Below are positions 1 to 13,900 of a DNA stretch of 64,000 bases, piece by piece. The notes beneath the pieces are model-generated. The model saw only the letters and a program-made list of their open reading frames with translations. It was not told where the DNA came from and made no database searches. The DNA is from Chrysomallon squamiferum (Eukaryota; Animalia; Mollusca). The stretch covers positions 14,570,001 through 14,634,000 of the forward strand of contig CM022678.1 of assembly GCA_012295275.1 (NCBI GenBank), read 5' to 3'. The position numbers and the translations under genes are program-made. Each line of letters starts with the position of its first letter. The stretch's first letter is position 1.

Positions 1-896
1 ACTTCTAAACAGTACATGTTGCCATGGATTCTAAAAACATTTATCTAAACAGAACTTTCATGGCAACTAAATAAAACTTTTTAAAATTCTTTATATATAT
101 ATATATCTATATATCTATATGTCTATATGTATATATATATATATATATAGACAGATAGATATAGATTTTTATTTTTTCATTTAAAACAACTGGCCATATA
201 AGCATAAAAATCTTGTATATTCATCTTTTTATAATTTTTAAGGCTTATAAAAACAACATGAATAAGAATTGTGAAATGAATGCACAGACTAATTTACAAG
301 ATTTAAACATAATACTTAGATGTGTTATTTGGAGGTACTTTATCTCACCTGTTCAGTGCAAAATATACAACCCCTGTAACTTAATGATGACAGAAATTTC
401 TGAGTTTTTCAGACTAATTATACAAGTTTTAAAATTTGTTCAAAAATGTTAATGGTGAAAACTTTCTTTTTACCCCTATTTAAATTATTCATTTATTATT
501 ATTATATATTTTACTTTTTTATTTATTAATATTTTATTTATTTATTTTGTATTTATTGATATTTTGATTAGTTATTATTATTATTATACATTTATAAAAT
601 TATTTATTAAAATTTGTTATTTGTTATTTATTGACTTAGAATTTTTGGTATTCTGTTATTTTACTAGCTAAAGAGGCTGTACTGTCATGAAAGTGATGAT
701 AAAGATAACTAGGCAACAATATGTCTACATATCATTATTAAATAGTTTTCGACAAAATTAAAACATAAGTGAACAATTAGGCCATATGCTATTAAAATAT
801 ACAGATACTCATTGACATAAAATATTAACACTAAGGTTAAAAATAAAAATAATTTCTATTTAAAAACAAAACATGAAGTGATGTACATGTGCGCTT

Positions 897-933
<37 letters not shown>

Positions 934-1958
934 ATTTTAAGATATTAATGTAAGTTTACAATAAAATTCTGGTAAAGAAGAAGATGGCTCTAAAAAGGTC
1001 AAATACTGTACCTCTATCAACATTCGTCACCCCCAAGTTATGAAAATAATTTATATATGAAATAGCATCCTTAAAATAGAAATAAAATGCAGCATCAAGA
1101 AGTATACTGTTTTTCCTTGTACTAACTATATGAAAGATAAAAATACTGTAATGAAGTCTCATTGATTTTGAAATGTTATTCAACAGTCCACCAACTCACT
1201 GGGTAGAGCATCAAGCTAATACAAGTTTCTAACAAGCTACTGTGTTAACACTCTTCTTGAGGCACTTCATATCATTTTGTGCATATTTGTTTTTATTACA
1301 TCTGTAAATGGCATGAACTCTGAGTTATGAATGTGAAATACTGATCTGCAGTTATCTCCTCTTTTTCAAACAGAGTTCTTTTTTTCTAAATTATTTAAAA
1401 CAAATATCAGCAAAAGTAGCTGACAACATCAATTTTCTTCTACTTAAGTTTTATTTTACATTTCTTTTTAATTTTGTAAAAACAAAAAGAAGAACTGTTA
1501 GTTTACTAAATTAACAAGAGATATTAACAAAAGCAACAGATAATAATTATAAATTGATTTTCATATACATATTAGTTTTAATTTTATCTTATTTTGTAAA
1601 AAAATGAAAAAAGAAAGAAAAAAGTAATATTTGTTTACTAAATTAATTATTGAAAAGAGTTATTAACAAAAGCAAATGGTAATATAAATAAACTTTTGAA
1701 TTTTCAATTTCAAAAAAGGAAACAACTATTTGTTTAACATGATTTAGAGGATCTACACAAATCACCAGTGTAAATTTTAAGATTGATTAATTATAACATA
1801 CTTTATCTTTCTAATTAAATTTTTTTCCTGACTGCTAGTCTTTTCTCAATGTTTATAAAATAATGGTTTCTGAATATTTTTTCTTAGACTACAAATTGCC
1901 AAATCTATAGAATACACTCTCTTCCTTTTGTACAATAATTGGCACATCATATATTCTC

Positions 1959-2029
<71 letters not shown>

Positions 2030-2717
2030 CGTAGAACTTAATTCATATAACAAACAACAGTTTTCTAATAGAGGTTAAAATAAACTACAATGCTATGGAC
2101 AAATATGTACAACTGTAGTTTTGGCATCAAAGTATATGCGGCCAAATAACGTGAATGTCAGAACATTTCTGTTAATTCAAACTTCTCCAGTTTGTGTGTA
2201 GAAAAAAAGAAAAAACCCTGAGTAATTTCAAAACTAACAGTCAAAGGCCACGCATCTCACTTGTAACTGACAGAGTATGTAGCTGTATGAGAGTCACTGC
2301 TTCCTGGCAGTGACAACTCACAGCAATACAATCATGACAAAGATGTTACATTTTATAAAAACAAATGTAATTTCCTATTTCACTGTTTCCAAGAATGACA
2401 TGATCAGAGGTGGAATAAATAAAGTAGCAGCTTGTTCTGTGACCTGTGATTTGATTGCTGCCTTCTAACACATATTACACACAGCCTGTGAAGTTCTTTT
2501 AAGGCCAGTTTTAACTAATAACTTCCCATAATGTCATTTTTTTCAGCTACAATAAGGCCACACTTAATGTTTATAATTCTGCAAATATTAACTGTGATGC
2601 ATTGCTCAACCCCTATTACAAAGTAATATCAAAATACATTTTAACAAACTTATTAACACATTTTTTCCCTTAATAATAATAATATTAATAATAATAATTT
2701 TCATTATCATCATCATC

Positions 2718-2751
<34 letters not shown>

Positions 2752-3167
2752 TTTTGTTCAATCTGAAAACTATGTTTATTTAAACAGACTGCAATTTACT
2801 GCTTTTATTATTTAAACAATTCTATATAATAATTTTTCACTAACTTAAAGATCAAATGTTTTAGTTTTCTGTTTAACAATTCTAAACATTAAGTAGTAAA
2901 TGATATTATGGTCAGTAATGGTTAAATCAAATAACTAATAAAAAAAAATGAAATAAAATCATATAACACTGATTTAAAATAAACAGTTAACTCCTGATGC
3001 AATTATCTCTCTTCAGTTCATGGAAAGTCTAACACAAATATTTTTTTACCTTGTGTTTGTGTGTGTCTGTATACAATTGACAGAGAAAACAAACAGGTAT
3101 GTAATGTTTCTCTGAGTGTACATGTCTGAAACAGAGAATGAAAGAAAATATGTACTTGTCTGTATAA

Positions 3168-3204
<37 letters not shown>

Positions 3205-4026
3205 TGTGAGATAGACAGACAGGTAATCTATAAAAGAGGGAGACTATGAGAAGAACTAGAGAAAACAAATTACTGAGAGAGATAATACCATTCTACTGTC
3301 CATGATCAGACAATTTAAACATGAGAGAAAGAAGCTGTCCATCAGAGAATCTTTCAGATATATACACAAATATTTCAAACTTGGTAACCGGTAACGTTCT
3401 GACTCGTGCTCACGTAACACAGCTTGAAAAGCAGGACGTACAGCTATTTACACACACGTTTCTGAGGTAGCAGCAAACACTTTCACATCAGTTCACAAAG
3501 TGTGACATATCTTATCACTGTACAAATCTTTTCAATACATGATTCTCTCATTAAAAAAACGTTAACCAAAAACACTGAGCAAAAAAGCACAATTCTGGCA
3601 CTTGAAGAAAAACTCTGGATCTTTATTCACAGTCCTCAATTTTCACTGTCCACGTACAGAAAGTCACTAACCTTTCCTCAAACACACAAACATCCTAGAA
3701 TAATTCCTGTTTGAATCCAGAGCTTTCAATTCGGTGAACAAGAAGAAAAAAATGCCCTACATGAAAATGATCAAGTAATGTTTAGTGGCAGAAATGTCCT
3801 TCGTCATTCTTGTCCACACAGCTACAGAATCCAGCTCAAAAACAAAAGGCAATTCAGGTTTAACAATTTCAATCACAACAAAGATGTGTCTAGTCCTGAG
3901 TCTGTTACTTGTGATGAGATCATCAGATTTGTTTTTTTTTTAGCTGTTTTTCAGCTGACTTCACCACTTCAAAAATAATCTCCATCATACTGACACAGAG
4001 GAAAATGTCTTCCACATACACAGGTG
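1..4026 (-). other. Probable long 3' UTR / downstream region of NCOA
   Basis: Lies downstream of the stop; no credible ORF; U-rich on the minus strand with many AATAAA candidates. The true 3' end cannot be determined. Confidence 0.45.
1965..2029. repeat. (CT)n(AT)n compound microsatellite
   Basis: Direct reading. Confidence 0.95.
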
Positions 4027-4092
4027 TCAGTCAGAGAGAAGTTGTTGTAGCAAGCTGTTTTTCTGTTCTGCTGGTCGAATGTCAACATGTAC
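4027..4092 (-). CDS. NCOA2: NCOA terminal coding exon 23 ([21 protein letters not shown])
   Basis: tttcactag acceptor; C-terminal LxxLL immediately before TGA, as in SRC-1a. Confidence 0.92.
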   Translation of the reverse strand, partial: VHVDIRPAEQKNSLLQQLLSD

Positions 4093-7000
4093 CTAGTGAA
4101 ATAAACAACAATCAACATTTGCTTTACAAGGAGAACAACTAATACTGCAAATATAGAATTGATTAAATAATAAAAATATCTGATTTATCAATTTTATCAT
4201 TTATATCAGTCTTGAACTTATTATGGTTATAATAATTTATCAATAATATTAAAAAACAATCAAATAACAGTTTTATGATTCACATAAATCCTGGATTTAT
4301 TAATTTATAAATTGTTGATCTTTATAATGTTAAAATACTTTTTTACTTCATAATGTTATATTTTACATTTAGGAAAAAAACCATGAAGTACATTCACTTG
4401 TTATTTTGTATGATTTTAATTTAGAATTTACAGTATTTAGTCAATTCATAAATTTACTGTTATTTTTTGGTAAGAATATGCATCATGTTATCATTTTGTT
4501 ATTAATTTTTGAAAACAAAATGGAGTACATTCCACTAGGTTATTTTTGTGTGACACTGGTTTTGAACTTAGGATATTTAATTAATACACACCTAATTATA
4601 ATTTTATAGTTGTTTTTTCAAGTAAAACAAGACAACGTGCACTCACCCTAGGTTCTTTGTGGACAACATTTACTTGTGCTACAGGCTCGCCACTGCCAGC
4701 TGACTTTTGATCTTTAATTTGTGGTGGACTAAGCAGCTGATTTCTAAACAAACTTGTAGCTTTAGACTCAGCATCAAGAGGTACTGAAAACAACAACAAT
4801 AAGTATGCTGTAACTGTGTATTATGAAAATGGTGTCATACAAATATTTTTACTTAACAGCTTCTGAAAAATTTATATTTTTGTAACTGGTGGATCCAAAT
4901 ATTTTTCATAATTTTTTTTTTTTTAAATTTATGATTTGGGTTGATCAGTATACTTTCAATAAAAGGTTGATTTATTTAATGTACAGATGTTTATGTGACT
5001 ATAAGTTTATATGGCTTTGAACAGTAATATAAAAAATGAATTATTTAGATATATATTTATATATATCCTAAAGTTTGGTGAGATTGGTCACTACATTTCT
5101 ATAAAACTGCTATTTTTATAGAGTTCAAGTTATAGCTGATAATCAACATATAGTAATGTGAATGAAAATATTTTGGCTGCTTAAACATTAAAAAGAACAG
5201 ATTTGAATTCTTACCAAATGGCTGTTGAGAGGAGAGAGCTATAAACTGTTCATAGCGTTTTCTTGCCTCTTGCCGAGACTTGTTTAAAACTTCTTCTTCA
5301 GCTAAATCATCAAGTCCAGGGTGTTCCTTCGCCATGTCACTGACTGAAAACACAAATAAACAATCGTTTATTAGCAAAACGTTCTTCAGTCTTTCAGTAT
5401 ACTTTTTTTTTTAATTATTCTTACTAAATGTAATTTAAGTTACTGTGGATGTGCATTTTATTAAAATGTTTATCAATGTTTCAATATATCTTTTTAAATT
5501 ACTGTTAGAATTGATGTGTATATGTGAATTTTAGTAAAATGTTTAAGAATCTTTCAATATGTTTTTAAACTTGCAGTTCAACAATTTTTTGAAATGTCAC
5601 AATTAAAAATTTATTTTAAGATATAACAGTTTATGTAAATTAAAAATAAATAAATTGTTTCAGTTTTTATATAAATTAATTTATAAAGTTTCTCTCAGTC
5701 CTATTTTCAGCTTGTTATTTCAGTGATTTCAATGAAGATTTTTCTTTAGAACATTTAAATTAATTGAAAAACAGTTATCAGCAAGTTGTTTCTATTGATG
5801 TTTTAACAAATCTGGCAATGAAAATAATATTAATGTGTAAAAATACAAAAATTCTGAATTATATATAAATTTAAATTTAAAATAAAAATAAATTTTTATG
5901 AAATCTCACTTGTTTCTAAAATATCAGGAGGCAGCTCTCCACCAATATCAAAATTAAGTTGATCCATCTGTTGTTGTTGTTGCTGCTGCTGCTGCTGCTG
6001 TTGTTGTTGCTGCTGCTGCTGTTGTTGTTGGAGCTGCTGATGCTGTGACTGCATCTGCTTCTCAGACCTTGCACTACAGATGTTACGGAGTTCCTGTTTC
6101 ACATACTGTGATGTCGGGTTTGATGGAGATAAGTCACTTGGCTTTTTCCTGTCAGAAATATAATTCCTTTTATTCAAAATTTACAAATACCATTATAAAC
6201 AAGAAAAAAATACATTACAAATACCATTATTAAGAAGAAAATTAACATGACAAATTCCATAATTAATAAGAAAACAAACATTACAAATGTCATAATGAAT
6301 AATATAGCAACATTCCAACGATGAATAAAAAAAATAAAAATTTAACTTTTAAAAGTTAACTGTATTAGTAATTCAAACCAGTTAAAATTATCAGATACAG
6401 GAAATCAATTATCTTTTTAATTTTTTAGAGCAAACAAATTATTCCAGATGAAAATGAATAACACACAAAATGTTATATAAGAAAACTGAAACTTTAAAAA
6501 TAAATATGTTCTGATGCTTACCCTTCCATCCCACCGCAATCCATGAACTGTAAGTCGAAGGGACTGAAGCCCTGCTGGGAGGTCATGCTGGAGGTCTGAG
6601 TGCTGAAAGTGGCTGTGGAGGTGACCAGTGAAGGACCTGATGGAATTGGCAGAGACTGTGATGTAAAGCCCTGATTGAATGGTGGGCTCACCTGACTGAC
6701 GTTTGGCTGGTTTTGTCTCATTGGGTTGGGTGAAATAGAGTGGGGAGACAGAAGCATTGGGTCTGGACTGTTACCAAATGGACTGTGTGGTGTCCGTGGG
6801 GATCCTCGACCTGCAGAGAAATCAAGTCACAGTGAAAACTAGACCATTTTAAATTATTTGCTATGGCTGGACACTGCTAATACATTTCTAAAAAGAATAT
6901 TTGTTAAAAGAATGTAGTAAAAAATTAAATATAGATAACTTGGCACAGATTTTGCAATGGTGAACCAGAACAAAAGCTCTACATGACAGTGATCAAATTA

Positions 7001-7557
7001 TGTTTAGTGGGAGAATGTAATATTTCCATTATAAAAAGTAAAAAGACAGTCTACAGTAAGAATCTACTGACCAGGTGGCATGCTCATCTGTCTCTGTAGG
7101 AGTCTATTCTGGTAGATCTGCTGAGGCAGGGCCTGCTGCTGACTAGTCTGCTGACCACTGGTCTGTTGTCCAAACAGGCCCATCTGACCAGCTGGTTTAG
7201 CAGCAAACTGTGAATCTGGAAACTGAAAATGAGGTGAAGGCTGTCGATTGGGACTTTGTAGCGAGTTTCCAGACAAAGATCTGTGACGCTGCAGAGTGGC
7301 AAACTGGCTGGTCTGGACACAAACAAATATGATTAGTATAACTAAACAGGTTCACTGTGTTACCAGTTTATAAAACTGCTCTCAGCAATTATTAACAAGT
7401 ACAATATGTGTTAATGGAATTAATCCTACTGTTAGAAAACTTTAAAATGTTTAGTTTCTAAAATAATTTTGCTGCACTCAGTATTATTTACTAATGTTAA
7501 AGTCTGTAGTATAAACATGCTGATGTACGATTTACAGATTTTCTTACATTCATGCAT

Positions 7558-7597
<40 letters not shown>

Positions 7598-7926
7598 CTT
7601 AATATTTCATCCCATGTTATTAAGAACTTTCAACTCGATCTAGTTTTTAATATTTATATGTATCATCTGAAGCAATCAAAGAGCATCAATATATGCATAA
7701 TTTCACATTTTTCTAAGTGAAAACCCCCCCAGCTAATGTATGTAGATGGCAAAGAAATGTTAAGTGAGATTTAGTTAGAGAGGTTTATTAGACATACTTG
7801 TGCCATGCCCAGTGAGCCTGGTGCACTCTGATGTGGCTGACTTCGATGACTCCACTGAGTGGGCTGGCTGAAATGTGGTGACAGTTGCGAAGTCACAGGT
7901 GGTTGTGTTAACATTGGGCTTATTGG

Positions 7927-7963
<37 letters not shown>

Positions 7964-10900
7964 AAGTTACCAGTGAAGTGTGGTGACATTGGTCCAGGCA
8001 TAGCTTGACCTCGCTGCTGAACAGTGTAATAAAATCATTGTCAAGTAACATATATAAAATAAACTATCAGTATATTTGGTTTTTTTAATAATAACAAACT
8101 ATAAAATCAGTTTTCTTAACAAAATTAAACTATTAAACAAAATTTGTTTTCTTAATAAACACAACTATTAAAAAACCAATTTTCTTAATTAAAAACAAAC
8201 TATTAAAAACTTGTTTTCTTAACAAACACAAACTTATTATAAATAATAATTTTCATCTAAATTGCTGTATGTTTAAAACAACAATACCTGTACAGGTAAA
8301 GTAACATTAGGTGCATTTCCTGAATTCATCAGTTCACCAAGATTCTCTGGGAAGTTACTGTCAACATTTATATTAGCCTAAAACCAAAAAGAAACATTAA
8401 TGAGACTGGCTATTATTACATCTCAGCAGGTTAGTATGTTACAGTCTTACAACATCATAGATAAAATGCAGTTAATCTAGATTAAAATGTGAAAGAACTT
8501 ACAGGATTGAAGAACAGTGTTTACTTTGGTCACTCCAAATACTTATGTAAGTAATGAATAGCATATGCTGAACAATTCTAAATTCAGTAATTTATTATCA
8601 ATACATTTTTATTTTATATTTTTTAGACAAATAAAATTAATAAAGATTAAAAATCCCCAGCTGTTACAGCTAAAAAAAAAAAAGTGTTCATTTATTAAAA
8701 GAAAACGAAATATGAAGATAATAAACAAACAATTAAATAAATAAATAAACCAAAAAGAACAATAAAAACCTGTGGAAAACGCTGTCCAAACTGTTGTCTC
8801 TGTTGTTGTTGTTGCTGCATCATTCGTTGTTGCATTATGTGCTGTTGACGAAGGTGACGCTGTTTCTCCATTTTAAGTTTCTGCTGTTGCAGTAAAGTCT
8901 GCCTCACCTGCATGGCTGTGGAGTTAGGATTACGAAACATGGCTCCAGGCTGCCTCTGTAAGGCACTGGCAAGTGACCCTACATGACCTGAATAGGTACA
9001 CAACATGTCAAAATCAAAAACTAAAAATGCATTATTAGCTGTATAGCATGGATCTTTGCATGACAAGTGTAGGAAAAAATACTGATTACTCTGAACACAA
9101 GATGCTGTTACTTATTATTAGACAATCTCTCAAATAACTCAATTAATTTAAAACAAGAGTGATAATGTTTAAAACATATTATTATTATTATTGTTGTTGT
9201 TTATTTTTTGCTGATCAAAAATATATTAACTATTAATGACTGAAAATATATTTTCTAAGCATTTATAAGAATCATGTTGTAACATGTCCTATCTGTATGT
9301 GCACTTCCTTTCACATTTCTTAATGAAATATTTTCTAAAGTTGATAAAGAAAGCATGTGAAAGGATTAAAAACAAGATTGAAAGTCACAAATAAAATAAT
9401 GGATTAGAGATATAATACATTGTAATTCATGAAAATAAAGATCACATATTTACCCTTTTAGCTTTTAAAAGAGGATCATTAATTATAAATATTTTCTGTA
9501 AGCGGAACTCTGCATGAACACTATGGGAAAAGCACATATTATTTTTATATTTATAGCAAAAATATTTAGCATTTAAGTAAATATTTTAGTTTATTTATAT
9601 CTTGCTTGCTACATATATATTAAAAGAAAGGGATAATAATTTACCTTGCGGTGTAGTGAAGCGTGGACCGACTTGTGTAGGGGGTTGAGAAGTCATGCCT
9701 TGGGGGACTCGGTTCAGATTCTGCATGGCCTGTTGTGGCAGCTGCTGACCTGTAAACCCAGCATCGATGTTCACCTGACTCAGTTCCTGGGATGCCATTC
9801 CTTGTGGTGGCATTCTCAAATGTTGTCCAAGACTTGACCTGACAGTGTTAAGGTTGGTATTAGTGGAAGCTGCCATAGCAGCTGAGTAGTTGGCAACCTG
9901 ACTTGACATCTGAGTGTTTGGTGCGGAGTTTGAGGGATTGGTGGCTGGTACCTCACTCATCAGCTGACGCTGGATGATGTCGATGGCAAGCTGTTCACTG
10001 ACAGAAGTGGTGGACATCTGCTGGCTGGACTGTGAGTTGATTCCAAGGATGTTGTCAAACTCTTCCCAGGAGTCAACTAGAGAATCTATGCTGGAATAGT
10101 CTGCTAAACTGGAAGTATGAGTGGCTGGTGTGGTTGTTGCTGGTGATGAAGGTGGAAGGTTTCCCAGGGAGAAATCCTGATGCAAGTCAGCTGCCTGCTG
10201 CAGAATTTGTTGCAACAGTGGATCGTTACTGTCCCCTCCGTGACCGTCAATTTCCATGCTTATTGTCTTTGTAGCCTCATTAAGAATCTCTTGGAACTGG
10301 TCAATGCTGCTGCTGCTGTTATTGCTCATGTCGACATTCTGGGCAGAAAAATTTTGATTTATCAAGCTGGAGTTATCAGCCGTGTTGGGTACAGAACCAT
10401 CAGGTTTGGTATTGCCAGGAAATGGAGCATTTGGATTTGTCCTAGGATTACTTCGTGGATTTGGTGTCAATCCACTCTCTGTGTCATTGTCATTTTCTGA
10501 TGTAACACTGCCATCCGAAGAACGAATCTGAATTATTTTATTAGAAACATTCTTGTAACGATTCTGAGGCACTGCTGTAGGATTGACAGTCAGCCCAGTG
10601 TTCACAACTGTCTCCTTTGCTGCCTTTTTGGAGAGCAGCTGAGCTAACAAAGCATTTCTCTTTGACAAGTGACTTTGTGCAGAGCTTGTATCTGGGTCCA
10701 GCAGATCTGTACTGTCCACTTCTGAACTGGATTTTCTTTTCTTCTGAACTCGATGTCTCATTTCCAGTTCCTTTGCTGATGTGTTATCATTGTCTTTTTC
10801 CCATAATTTGTTTAGCAAATTGTCCAAGTTTTTGTTCTGCATGAAACTTGAACTGTCGCTTCCTCGTCTGGAATCACTAAAGGAATCTTTGAGAGCCATA

Positions 10901-13900
10901 CCATCAGCACCTGACTGTGGTGGACTGAATACAGGGGCAGACATGGGTGTGGGGGGCTGGCTGTGAGATGTCGATGACTGTGGCTCCTGCTGACCTGACT
11001 GATGTCTTGACCTTGACCCACTACCAACCTCCTGATCCTGAATAGTACTCTCCTAATAACAACAAAGTTCATAAGTTTTAATTCTTCAAAATGAAAACCA
11101 ACATTTATATTACAACTGTTAGGATGGTTAAGTGCAATTAATTATGTAAGTATATAAATGATTATAAAAACCAAATTAATTCTTTAAATATGATTCATAT
11201 GTTTCATATTAGTTTCCTTTAGCATTGAGCACCAGAGTAAAACATTTAAACTCACAGCTGGTGCGGAAGTGCAGTTTTCAGCCTCCTCCTCCTCCTGTAG
11301 GAGTTTCTGCAGGAGCTCGCTGGTAGTGCGCTTCTGTTCACTGTCCACACTACTCTCATCTACAGACAACTCACGCTGACCTACACAACTCTCTGGGTGT
11401 TTCTTTTCATCACTAAGTAACTGCTGTAACACAGAAAACATGCTGGTATCTTACCTTCAAATACATACATGCTGGTGAAAAGTAGTTTTCTTTATAATTT
11501 TAAATGAATTAATAAAGATCAAACAGACAAAGTTTATGAAGTGTATTAATTTTTTAAATCAGCTTTATGCTCTATTTTTTCATTGTTTATTTTTTTATTT
11601 TAAGTAAAGATTTAGCCAGAAATCTGGACTACTTCAGTCTCAGGCTTCTTGGATATATTGTTTGGCACCTGTATAAAACAAAACAATTTACCTTTAATAA
11701 AATATTGGCAGGTTTTTTAGCTTCTGCTTCATTTTTGTCCATTTCAACTCCTTTGTCTCTGTCAGCAATGCTGCTTGTGTGAGGCGAGCTGCTGATCTCA
11801 GTGTCCATGATGTTACCATCACCATCATCCTCCAGACTCAACAACTTCTTCAGTATCGCATTGTCTTTCTTTTCTCCTGTGTCGAGTCCTTTCAGCACTG
11901 AATCTACATCATCATTAGATGTGCTCTGAGGTTTTTCTGGTGGGCTGTGACCTGGTCCAGGCTGTGGTGACTGTCTCAGTGTGTCTAAAGATGGTCGGGA
12001 CAGTGACTGTTCAACTGGGTTCTGAGAATCTTTGGAAAACATGTCCATTCCATTGCTGTGGTTGATGGGTGCTGAAGCCAACTGTTCAAATGAGGTCCTT
12101 CTTGTGAGTAGCTCACACAGTTTGCCTGACCTCTGAACTGCTCTCATGTCTGTAAGTCTGTTGCCCATGTTATCTACACCTAGTCTTGGTGACACTCTCA
12201 GCTGATCACGAGGTGACATGTTTGGTAAGTCTAGTCCTTTTGTCTGGCTGTCCATTGACTGAAGTGCCTGAAGTGGACTCTGAAGTGTAGAGCCTGAACT
12301 TACATCTGACACTGGTGTAGCCATACGATTCCAGCCAGGATGATTTGAAGCTGCAACTGAAATATTAACAAAATATTTAAATAAACAGTTAAACTGGAAT
12401 ATGTCAAGTTGTAAAATATGACAGAAGTAAAGGAAATGTGAGAGAAATGCAAAATTACAAATTTGAAAATGGCCAATTTTTATTTTAATAAAAACAATCA
12501 TTTACATTTTTCAGTTATTTTAATAGTGTAATGCTCATAACTGATTTAAAAATGTGCATAGATAGAGAGCATTTAATATACAGGTAGATTGTCTGATAGA
12601 GATACACTGACAGATGGACATGTATCAGACAGCAATAGGTTATATGGACAGTTCAATGGATGGAGCGATAGGTTATATAGACCCATTATAATGGATGGAC
12701 CAAATGTCATTAGAAATGTAAATATTATCAAATGAAAGACTCAACTGATTAATTTGTTAATAAGAACTGTTACCTGAAGACATCATAGGTTTGCGCTGCT
12801 GGTAAACTGGCATATTAAACTGAGCTGTCTGTTGTCTGGACAGGGGCATCTGGCCAACAATGCCAGCCACCCCTGGACTTCTCTGGTTTGTGTACCCCAT
12901 CACACCAGGGATATTCCTCTGGGTCTGGAGGGGAAAACCCTGCCCCCTCTGACTGGGGCTTTGTGTAAAGCGTGGACTCTTTGGACCTTCCATTGTGATA
13001 GAATGACTTCGCTGGCTCTGAAAATTCAATGGTGTTGATCGTTTGTTTAAAGAGCTTGTCTGACCAATGTTGTTGTGCTGTGTTCCTTTCATCTGTGAGG
13101 TATGATTATCCCAAACAGGTGGAGAATTTGTAGTACCTGTGTTTGAAGCACAAGAAATGTTTAATTCACCAGAACTGAGAATATTGTCTGAACTGAAAAT
13201 GTCCCAGTTGTTCAGAAGATCCAGTTCACTCAAAGCATCCATTGCTACATTGTTGGACTGTGTTGACATGTAGGGCATGTTCAGCATCCCCATGTGCAAA
13301 GCTGAAGGCGCTGTGCTGATACTGCTAGATCGGTTAGTTACATTGTTTGACTGACCAATGATTGCCTTCATAAGACTGGTAGAAGCAGACCCTTTCAGTT
13401 CCACATCAGAATCACATTCCCTGAAATTAACCAAAAAACAATCAAACACATTTAATAGATCTTATCAACAAATAAAACCTCTGTATGGTACTGAAAATAA
13501 AATATAAAAGTAAACATTTATTTAGTACTTACCACAGACCATTTTAAAACTAAAAAAAAAAGATAAAGATGACTGCAGTCTGAGAAATATTGTTGTTAGC
13601 ACCTGATAATTATTGTAACTTTACAAAGTCTGCAGTCTTAAAGATCATTTTCAACAACATTACATTTCAGTGCACATTCAAACCCACTTTCATAGCAGTC
13701 TGAAATATTCACAGGCAAATTTTGAATGATCTTCTATATTTTAGTAAATTAAATAAAGATTATAAAAATGAGAAACCTGACAAACAAATGTACTTGTGCA
13801 GTGAATATCCTCAATGCAGTAGTTTGTAATTTCCAGTAGAGGAAATGTTATAATTAATTTATTGAGACATATCAGTGACATCTATATCTCAATAACAAAT

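Noticed and set aside
899-929. A-tract as a retroposed poly(A) tail
   Set aside because: No upstream element body or target-site duplication; similar A/T tracts are frequent in the window
8497-8570. Extra exon using cct|gtaagt at ~8502
   Set aside because: Weak exon-side match, poor acceptor and a 65-nt frameshifting length; a bare GTAAGT is expected by chance every few kb at this composition
9646-13038. Plus-strand ORFs (9646, 10180, 10617, 10781, 12832) and the alternative-frame ORF 10812..11072
   Set aside because: Shadows of the GC-richer NCOA exons, with no recognisable domains or independent splice structure
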